58,054 nt of DNA from the NCBI GenBank assembly GCA_004282895.1, contig SHLQ01000001.1, positions 1 to 58,054 on the forward strand. Direction: 5' to 3'. Position 1 is the stretch's first letter; every line of letters starts with the position of its first letter. Under the pieces are notes generated by a model. The model was not told the DNA's origin, ran no database searches, and saw nothing but the letters and a program-made list of their open reading frames with translations. The translations under genes and the position numbers were made by a program. This document shows positions 24,971 through 32,442 of this stretch, one piece after another. The stretch is from Acidimicrobiales bacterium (GTDB taxonomy: Bacteria > Actinomycetota > Acidimicrobiia > Acidimicrobiales > SHLQ01).

Positions 24971-26233
24971 GGGAGTTGCGGAGACGAGCACGTCCTCGGA
25001 GGCAAGCGGGGGAGGAGGCGTGGCGAACGCCCAGAAGATGTTCCCCGAGAACGCCATGCCCGCGATGATCGTGAACCCCACGCGATAGTCGCCGGTCGCA
25101 TCGGCAAAGACACCGGCCAGGACCGGCCCAATCATCATGCCGGTCGTGACGATGAGCGAGGACCACCCCATGATCTTCGCAAAGTCGCTGGAACCGAAGT
25201 AGTCCGCTCGAATCGCCTGCATCAGCGGCCCGCGTGCTCCCCACGCGACACCATGCAGCACCACGAAGGCGCCGATGGTGATCGACGACTCGATCCACGT
25301 CATCAGGATCAGTCCGAGCGCATGGGCGCACATCGCCACCGACACGATCGCTCGCTTGTTGACACGATCGCCCAGGTAGCCGCCCAAGCCCGTTCCTACG
25401 AATTGGAATACGGGGATGAGTCCAGCAATCAGCGCGGCCCGCTGTGCGGTGAAGCCGCGGTCCTCGGTGAGATACAGCGCGATGTGGGCAATGGTCGCGC
25501 TCACGACGAGCAGTGCCGACGCGTGGCCGAGTGAGATCATCCAGAACGCCCGGGTCCGGAAGGCTTGTTGCACCGTGAAGTGGTTGTCACTCACGCCCTC
25601 GGCTCGGCGGTCGGCCTCCGAGGCCGGTTCGGCCAGTCCATCCACCGGCTCGCCGGTGTCTTTCCGTTCGAGTCCGATAACCCGTGACGCAAGCCATGTG
25701 CCGATCGCCAACACGAAACCGGCGCCGACGATCGTTGGACGCCAGCCAAACTGATTGAAGCCAACCACCAACAAGGGGCCGGCGAATCCGCCGATGGCCA
25801 TTCCCATCGTTTGGAGCGACAGAGCTCGGGCGCGTTTTCGTTCGAACCATTGCACAAGCGCGGCGGTGATGGCGATGAACCCGGCGAGCCCCATGCCCAA
25901 GGCGGCGATCGCCATGGCAATGACGAAGTGCACCTGGGTCTGCACGCTGGCGAGCGCAAGGTACCCCACGAGCGTCAGGGCACCGCCGACGCGCATGACC
26001 CGCTTTGTGCCCCATTTGGCGAGCGCAGACCCCACCGCGGGGTTGAAGATCGCCGTGCTGGCCCGGGTACCGACGAAGACGAACGAGAAGAACGTCTTCG
26101 ACCAGCCAAAGACCTTGCGCAACTCGACAGCGAGGTTGCCGAATCCCTGCATCCACAACATGGATTGCAGGCCCCACAAAGAGGCGCTGGCGGCGACGAC
26201 CTTCCAGCCGGTGAAGATACGACGATCACTCAC
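24959..26233 (-). CDS. Major facilitator superfamily transporter
   Basis: 424 aa with about 12 TM segments. The GTG start overlaps the upstream stop (GTGA). The last four codons (PKGV) are encoded by palindrome copy 3. Confidence 0.8.
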   Translation of the reverse strand: MSDRRIFTGWKVVAASASLWGLQSMLWMQGFGNLAVELRKVFGWSKTFFSFVFVGTRASTAIFNPAVGSALAKWGTKRVMRVGGALTLVGYLALASVQTQVHFVIAMAIAALGMGLAGFIAITAALVQWFERKRARALSLQTMGMAIGGFAGPLLVVGFNQFGWRPTIVGAGFVLAIGTWLASRVIGLERKDTGEPVDGLAEPASEADRRAEGVSDNHFTVQQAFRTRAFWMISLGHASALLVVSATIAHIALYLTEDRGFTAQRAALIAGLIPVFQFVGTGLGGYLGDRVNKRAIVSVAMCAHALGLILMTWIESSITIGAFVVLHGVAWGARGPLMQAIRADYFGSSDFAKIMGWSSLIVTTGMMIGPVLAGVFADATGDYRVGFTIIAGMAFSGNIFWAFATPPPPLASEDVLVSATPKGV

Positions 26234-26982
26234 CGGTTGCGTCTGATTTCGTAGGCGACCAGCGAGGCCGCGACGGCGGCGTTGAGCGACTCAACCCCGT
26301 TGTCGACAGGGATCGATAGCGTCTGGTCACAGGCCGCGAGGGCAGCGACGCTCAGCCCGTCGCTCTCGTTGCCGATCACAAATGCCGCTCGCTCTGGCAG
26401 CGTTGCTTCGACAATCGATTCGCCGCCGGCATCGAGGCCGACAATCGCGAATCGGTGGTCGACGAGCAGCGCCATGGCCTCGGCCATATCTTCGCAGCGC
26501 AGAATCGGCGCCTTGAAGGCCACTCCGGCCGAGGCCTTGATCGCCACGGGCCCGATGTCCGCAGTGCCTTTGTGCGGTACGACCACCCCGTCCACGCCGG
26601 CCGCAGTAGCCGAGCGGAGGATCATGCCCACGTTGGCTGGATTGTGCACGTGATCGAGCACGAGAACCGAACACGCCCAGTCCTTGCCCCGGCGCCGTTG
26701 TTCGCAGAAGTCGCTGAGGTGCTGCATTTCCGGCGCGACGACGTCGGCGACAACCCCCTGATGATGGCGGCTTGAGCGAGCGACCGCCGTGACTTTCTGT
26801 TCGGAGACCCGTTCCATCGCGATCTTGCGGCTCATTGCCATGCCCGCGATTGTGTTGATCTCCGCGCCCTGTGCCTTGCTGCTGATCAGGACCTTGTCGA
26901 TCTCCAGACTCTCGTCATGGAGTGCTTCGATCACCGGCTTGCGCCCCATGACCGTGAGGAAGCGGTCGCGGGGCGACTGCAT
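26230..26982 (-). CDS. TrmH/SpoU-family RNA 2'-O-methyltransferase (RlmB-like)
   Basis: Motifs are VLVLDHVHNPANVGMILRSATAAGVDGVVVP, VIGNESDGLS and LSIPVDNGVESLNAAVAASLVAYE. ATGA overlap with the ileS stop. Confidence 0.85.
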   Translation of the reverse strand: MQSPRDRFLTVMGRKPVIEALHDESLEIDKVLISSKAQGAEINTIAGMAMSRKIAMERVSEQKVTAVARSSRHHQGVVADVVAPEMQHLSDFCEQRRRGKDWACSVLVLDHVHNPANVGMILRSATAAGVDGVVVPHKGTADIGPVAIKASAGVAFKAPILRCEDMAEAMALLVDHRFAIVGLDAGGESIVEATLPERAAFVIGNESDGLSVAALAACDQTLSIPVDNGVESLNAAVAASLVAYEIRRNR

Positions 26983-29900
26983 CAGTTGGCGACGACGAAC
27001 GAGAGTGTCCCGACCGACGCCGCATCGTGGGCCCCGTCGGCGGTGCCTCCGTAGCTGACACTGGCGGAGAGCGTCTGCTCGGCGACGTATGCCTCGTGGG
27101 TTCGCACCGCCTGCGCAGCATCATCGGAGAGATCGAGTGTGAGCGCGATACGGTCTGTGACGACCAGATCCTCGGTCTTGCGAGCCTCCTGCACGGCCCG
27201 GACGATGTCCCGTGCGAGACCTTCGGCCTCGAGGTCGGGGGTGAGCTCGATATCGAGTGCCACCACCGCATCGTTGCTGGGCAGCGCTGCGGCCGTCACA
27301 CCCTCGGCCGGCTTCACGTTGAGGTCGAACTCCTCCGCGGCGAGGGTGTGGCCCGCGATCTTGATCGACCCGTCGTCGTTCTGTGACCAGGCCCCAGACT
27401 TCGCCGCGCCGAACACCTTCTGCACATCACCGCCCAGGCGCGGTCCGAGAACCCTGCCATTTGGCTGCAGCGCGAACTCCGCGAACGCGGAGAGGTCATC
27501 GCTGAACGTCACGGACTTTACGTTGACCTCGTCGGAGATCAGGTGTGAGAGAGCGGCGACGCCGTCGTTGTGCGGCCCGGCGAGCGTGAGGGACTGCAAC
27601 GGCAATCTCACCCGGAGGCCCTCGTCTTCGCGAAGCCGAAGCGCCGCCGAGACCACCTGACGGACCGTGTCCATGCTCGCAACGAGGTCATGGTCTGCTG
27701 CGAACTGATTCGCATCGGGCCAGTCGGTGAGATGGACTGAATCCTCACCGGTGAGGTTCGTGTAGATCTCCTCGGTGATCATCGGCAGGAACGGGGCGGC
27801 AAGCTTCAAGAACGTGGTCAGAACCGTGTACAGGGTGTCGTACGATGCGCGCTTGTCGGCGGTCATGTCAGGACCCCAGAAGCGTTCGCGGCTGCGGCGG
27901 ATGTACCAGTTGTTGAGGGCGTCGATGAACGAGGCGATCTGTTCGCTGGCACCGGCGAGGTCGTAGGCCTCCATTCGTTCGGTGGTGGTCTCGATGACCT
28001 CGCGGAGCTTGGCGAGGATGTACCGGTCGAGTTCATCGGTCGAGTCCGTCCGGAACTCCGCCTGATAGCCATCGATGTTCGCGTAGAGCGTGAAGAACGA
28101 ATAGGCGTTCCACATCGGCAGGAGCACCTGGCGGGTCACCTCGGCGATGCCGTGGTCGCTGATGCGGGCGTCGCCGCCCCGAACGATGTTCGAGTTCATG
28201 AAGTACCAGCGGAGCGCGTCCGCACCCTGCTTGTCGAAGATCTCGCTGGGCTCGGTGTAGTTGCGCAGCTTCTTCGAAAGCTTCTGGCCGTCTTCGGCCA
28301 GAAGGATGCCATGACAGATCACGTTCTGGAACGACGGCTTGTCGAATAGGGCGCCAGCCAGCACATGCAGCGTGTAGAACCAGCCTCGGGTCTGGTTGAT
28401 GTACTCGACGATGAAGTCGGCGGGGTAGTGCTCTTCGAACCACTCCTTGTTCTCGAATGGATAGTGCACCTGCGCGAACGGCATCGAGCCGCTCTCGAAC
28501 CAGCAATCGAGAACCTCGGGGACACGTCGCATCATCGACTGTCCGGTCGGATCGTCCGGGTTGGGCCGGACGAGCTCGTCGATGAACGGACGATGCAGGT
28601 TCGTCGGGCGTACGCCAAAGTCAGCCTCGATCTCGTCGAGGCTGCCGTACACGTCGATCCGCGGGTACTCGGGGTTATCGCTGCGCCACACCGGGATCGG
28701 TGAACCCCAGAAGCGGTTGCGACTGATCGACCAGTCGCGTGCGCCTTCGAGCCATCGGCCGAAACGTCCGTCGCGGACGTTCTCGGGGATCCAGTTGATG
28801 TCCTGGTTGAGCTCGACCAGTCGGTCGCGGAAGTCGGTGACCTTCACGTACCACGACGGCAACGCCCGATAGATGATCGGCGTATCGGTGCGCCAGCAGT
28901 GCGGGTAGTTGTGTTCGTAGCTGTCGTGACGGATCAGCTGTCCGGCTTCACGCAGATGGCGGATGATCTCGGTGTTGGCCTCGAGGACGTTTTGCCCGGC
29001 GAAGTCTGGCACCTCGTCGGTGAACCGACCCTGATCGTTGACGGGCACGACCATACCCATGCCGTTCTCCTCGGCAATACGTTGATCGTCTTCGCCAAAG
29101 CCCGGCGCGGTGTGCACGACGCCGGTGCCCTCGTCCGTCTCGACGAAATCGCCGGCCATAACCCGGAACGCGTTGAGATCATCGCGATCGGCGAAGTAGT
29201 CGAAGACTGGCGTGTAAGTGCGGTCGAGTAGTTCACTGCCTTGGATGACGGAGTGTTGCGTCGCCCCAACGAGTTGCTTCTCATACGTCGCCACCGTGGC
29301 CTCGCCGAGGATGTAGAACACCCCGGCCATTTCCATGATCGCGTAATCGATGTCGGGACCGACGATGAGGCCGAGGTTCGATGGCAGGGTCCACGGGGTG
29401 GTGGTCCAGGCGAGCATCTTCATCGGCCCCGGATCGTCCGGGTTGGGGGTGAGATCGAATGCGACTGTAACGGCTGGGTCCTGGCGGGGGCGTGTGGCGT
29501 CATCGAGGCGCAACTCGAAGTTGGACAGTGGCGTCTCGGCGCCCCACGAATAGGGCATCACGCGGTTGGCTTCGTAGATCAGGCCCTTGTCCCACAACCG
29601 CTTGAACGCCCAGATGACCGACTCCATGTAGTCGAGGTCCATGGTCTTGTAGTCGTTCTCGAAGTCGACCCAGCGCGCCTGACGGGTGACGGTCTGTTCC
29701 CACTCCTTGGTGTACCGAAGGACGGAGGTGCGGCACTGTTCGTTGAATTCGGCGATGCCGTATTCGTGGATGGCGGCCCGGCCCGACACCCCAAGTTGCT
29801 TCTCGGTCTCCATCTCCGCCGGGAGCCCATGGCAATCCCACCCGAAACGTCGGTCGACCTTCTTGCCGCGCATGGTCTGGTAGCGCGGCACCACGTCCTT

Positions 29901-30110
29901 GACATACCCCGTGAGGAGATGCCCGTGGTGGGGGAGTCCATTGGCGAACGGCGGCCCGTCGTAGAACACAAATTCGTTGTCTTCGGGGCGCATCTCGATG
30001 CTGGCCTCGAACGTGTCGGCAGCCTTCCAGCGGTCCAGAATCCGCGCCTCGATGGCCGGAAAATCCGGCTTGTCGGCGGTCGGATAGGGGTTGCCAGTCG
30101 CTTCTGCCAT
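26982..30110 (-). CDS. ileS: Isoleucyl-tRNA synthetase (long, about 1042 aa, type-2-like)
   Basis: ATG at 30110 (MAEATGNPYP...). Motifs are PFANGLPHHGHLL (HIGH-type) and KLSKKLRN (KMSKS-type). The track ORF continues about 590 codons upstream with an Arg/Gly/Val-rich non-protein-like sequence. Confidence 0.95.
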   Translation of the reverse strand: MAEATGNPYPTADKPDFPAIEARILDRWKAADTFEASIEMRPEDNEFVFYDGPPFANGLPHHGHLLTGYVKDVVPRYQTMRGKKVDRRFGWDCHGLPAEMETEKQLGVSGRAAIHEYGIAEFNEQCRTSVLRYTKEWEQTVTRQARWVDFENDYKTMDLDYMESVIWAFKRLWDKGLIYEANRVMPYSWGAETPLSNFELRLDDATRPRQDPAVTVAFDLTPNPDDPGPMKMLAWTTTPWTLPSNLGLIVGPDIDYAIMEMAGVFYILGEATVATYEKQLVGATQHSVIQGSELLDRTYTPVFDYFADRDDLNAFRVMAGDFVETDEGTGVVHTAPGFGEDDQRIAEENGMGMVVPVNDQGRFTDEVPDFAGQNVLEANTEIIRHLREAGQLIRHDSYEHNYPHCWRTDTPIIYRALPSWYVKVTDFRDRLVELNQDINWIPENVRDGRFGRWLEGARDWSISRNRFWGSPIPVWRSDNPEYPRIDVYGSLDEIEADFGVRPTNLHRPFIDELVRPNPDDPTGQSMMRRVPEVLDCWFESGSMPFAQVHYPFENKEWFEEHYPADFIVEYINQTRGWFYTLHVLAGALFDKPSFQNVICHGILLAEDGQKLSKKLRNYTEPSEIFDKQGADALRWYFMNSNIVRGGDARISDHGIAEVTRQVLLPMWNAYSFFTLYANIDGYQAEFRTDSTDELDRYILAKLREVIETTTERMEAYDLAGASEQIASFIDALNNWYIRRSRERFWGPDMTADKRASYDTLYTVLTTFLKLAAPFLPMITEEIYTNLTGEDSVHLTDWPDANQFAADHDLVASMDTVRQVVSAALRLREDEGLRVRLPLQSLTLAGPHNDGVAALSHLISDEVNVKSVTFSDDLSAFAEFALQPNGRVLGPRLGGDVQKVFGAAKSGAWSQNDDGSIKIAGHTLAAEEFDLNVKPAEGVTAAALPSNDAVVALDIELTPDLEAEGLARDIVRAVQEARKTEDLVVTDRIALTLDLSDDAAQAVRTHEAYVAEQTLSASVSYGGTADGAHDAASVGTLSFVVAN

Positions 30111-30239
30111 AACGACACAGGCTATCGACCCCGAATTCGATCGGGTCCGATCGGCCCTCTCATCCTGAGCCGTTTCACCCATCCAGTTGGGCCCCACTTT
30201 TGTCGTTGTATCAAGGGAGGCGACAAGAAGGCTGTGGTA

Positions 30240-32366
30240 ATGAAGAGAAATCGAACAGAGGCCGAGCGGGGAGCGCTTCTTGTCCTGACCGCGCTCGCGA
30301 TGTTGATCATCCTGATGATCGCCGCCTTCGCCACCGATCTCGGCGCGTGGTACCGCCAGGGTCAGGAGCAACAGCGAGCGGCCGACATCGCTTCGCTCAA
30401 CGGTGTCCAGACCTACGAGGCGAGCCGCAAGGCCAACATGCCTACGGGCGCCGGTTGGTGGGATGATGCCCCGTTGCTTACCTCGGCGACCATGCGACAA
30501 ACCGTGGAGACGGCCGCATTCAAGGACGCGGTAGACGCGATCCGCGGTGTGCTCGCGTCCGGTGGTGTCATCATTTCGACCGAACCGATCTGGAACATCA
30601 ACGCCCCCAATCCCCCGATTTACACCAACCGCTCCATCGCCACGATGACCGCCGACGATGGCACGATCGTCGTCGTTGAACGAACGACCGACAACCAGAT
30701 CGTGGTCACGGTGTCTCAACAGGGGGATCAGTACTTCTCCGCGATGTTGGGCGCCACGCCCACGATCGTTCGGACCTCCACTGGCACGCTCTCCAACTGC
30801 GGCGCCACGTGTGACGTGCAGATCGTGCTCGACCCACCATTCGCGGGGTTTTCTGCGGCCGGTAACGGCGATGGGTACAAACCGCAGGTGTACTACGACG
30901 GCTTTGGTCATCCGAAGGAAGCCTGGGCCGTCAACCACCATGTGACGACGCCGGGTTCGGGGCAGATCATTTGCATGGACATTGCCGCCGGCAACTTCTG
31001 TGCGAACCCCCCTGGAGCAGCCGCAGGCCCCGCAAATGGCAAATACGACTTCAACTCCTCGCCGTCCGGGGACGTGTTCGAAACCCACAACCGCGGCTCC
31101 GACTACCTGCATCAGGCCAACGGCAAGCTGTACTTCACCGTTCGCAATGACGATAAGAACGACAGCGGCCTGGCGTGTTTCGATGTCAACACCAAGAACT
31201 GGTGCTCGACCCCCTTCAAGAACCTGTACAACGACGACGCAAACGGCGGCGCCGCGCGCGTCAACGCGACCGGCCCCTGGCTGTACGCGGGTGAGCTCTA
31301 TGTGATCGACATCACGGGCGACATCAAGTGTGTCGAGCTCGATATGAGCGGTTGTGGTTCGTGGAATTCCGACGCCCACAACTACATCACCAGCGACGAG
31401 AACGACCCGGCACACCTTGTGCACGCCGAGTTCGACGACAGCACCAACAAGCTCTACTTCGCCCACCATCGCAGCGGCGACAGTGTTATCCATTGCTTCG
31501 ACCTCGTGGCGAAGGATGGCTGTGCCGGCTGGGGTGGCACGCCGAGAGTCCTGAGTGTTGTTGGCGGTGGCAACACCGACAACCGGTTCACGCACTTCCG
31601 CTATGACTCCATCTCGCACAACCCCACCGGCATCTGTGTCAGCACTCCCAAGGGCAACGGTGCCGCGGGCACGCCCGCCAGCGGCTGCTTCGGTTTGGCC
31701 AGCCCGGGTACGGCTTCTTCGGTCGGCGGCATGGCGACGGCAATGGGGTACATGTCCTCTGCCACCTGGGCCGGAGACGCCTTGACCTGGGAAGGAAAGC
31801 GAACCTTCTTCGGCGGCGGAAACTCCAACCGGACCGCCTGCTACAACTGGGAAACCGCGTCCGCGTGCAGTTACATCGCCCACCCGGCTGAGAACACCCT
31901 AACGAGTGCGAAAGAGGCGGTTCGGCCGTATTCGTTCACGATGGTCACGCCGGAGTGTGTGATGGGCCTGGGCCACGACGCCAACTTCTTCTCCTTCAAC
32001 CCCGACGGCATGACCAAGTGCGTGGACACGGAGCTAACAACCAACATCATCCCGTGCGACTGCGCCGGTGGTGGCGAACGATACGGCATTGTGAACTTCC
32101 CGCAGTCTCTGTTGAACAAGGTTGATGTCATGCATGCCGACGTCTACGAAAGTGACGGCACCACGCCGATCCCGGGTGCGACGAACATCGATATCCTCGC
32201 CACGGGCGGGGAGCTCGATCTGAGCGCAGCGCCGGTCTCGGAGCCGTTTCTCGTGCTCAATCTGGTGGTAAACGCTCGAATCGATCCGGCCACCGGCGAC
32301 CCGATGTGGACCAACCAGGAGTTTGTCGATCTCGAGCTGCTCGTCCAGGCCACACTCTCCGGCTAG
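30240..32366 (+). CDS. Secreted/membrane-anchored protein: TadE/TadG-like N-terminal domain fused to a Cys-rich PQQ/BamB-like beta-propeller
   Basis: ATG at 30240 (alternative GTG at 30234) follows AAGGGAGG. The N-terminus RGALLVLTALAMLIILMIAAFATDLGAWYRQGQEQQRAADIASLNG matches the Tad_N pattern. The downstream DQYFSAMLGATPTIVRTSTG is of the TadG type. Repeated blades then carry C-x7/8-C pairs. Confidence 0.65.
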   Translation: MKRNRTEAERGALLVLTALAMLIILMIAAFATDLGAWYRQGQEQQRAADIASLNGVQTYEASRKANMPTGAGWWDDAPLLTSATMRQTVETAAFKDAVDAIRGVLASGGVIISTEPIWNINAPNPPIYTNRSIATMTADDGTIVVVERTTDNQIVVTVSQQGDQYFSAMLGATPTIVRTSTGTLSNCGATCDVQIVLDPPFAGFSAAGNGDGYKPQVYYDGFGHPKEAWAVNHHVTTPGSGQIICMDIAAGNFCANPPGAAAGPANGKYDFNSSPSGDVFETHNRGSDYLHQANGKLYFTVRNDDKNDSGLACFDVNTKNWCSTPFKNLYNDDANGGAARVNATGPWLYAGELYVIDITGDIKCVELDMSGCGSWNSDAHNYITSDENDPAHLVHAEFDDSTNKLYFAHHRSGDSVIHCFDLVAKDGCAGWGGTPRVLSVVGGGNTDNRFTHFRYDSISHNPTGICVSTPKGNGAAGTPASGCFGLASPGTASSVGGMATAMGYMSSATWAGDALTWEGKRTFFGGGNSNRTACYNWETASACSYIAHPAENTLTSAKEAVRPYSFTMVTPECVMGLGHDANFFSFNPDGMTKCVDTELTTNIIPCDCAGGGERYGIVNFPQSLLNKVDVMHADVYESDGTTPIPGATNIDILATGGELDLSAAPVSEPFLVLNLVVNARIDPATGDPMWTNQEFVDLELLVQATLSG

Positions 32367-32442
32367 TCCGGGTCGTACGGCTCACGAAAATATCCTGCAA
32401 AATGGCCTACCCTTGACACTCAGGGTCAACTAGAACAAGGGA

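Noticed and set aside
30338-30360. A T-box-like sequence lies on the ileS strand (minus strand reads CCUGGCGGUACCACGCGCC, resembling GGGUGGUACCGCG).
   Set aside because: It lies about 230 nt upstream of the ileS start, inside the TadG-like coding region, where it simply encodes Trp-Tyr-Arg of the Tad_N motif. It deviates from the UGGU bulge expected for tRNA-Ile. No specifier-loop or Stem I features are evident in 30111-30239.
30111-31883. The 1633-aa minus-strand ORF (26982-31883) suggests a giant IleRS with a 590-aa N-terminal extension.
   Set aside because: The extension is Arg/Gly/Val/His-rich and low in complexity, with no protein-like motifs. It lies antisense to the well-supported TadG-like gene. 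A proper IleRS N-terminus (MAEATGNPYP...PFANGLPHHGH) begins at the ATG at 30110. This is a typical open antisense frame in high-GC DNA.
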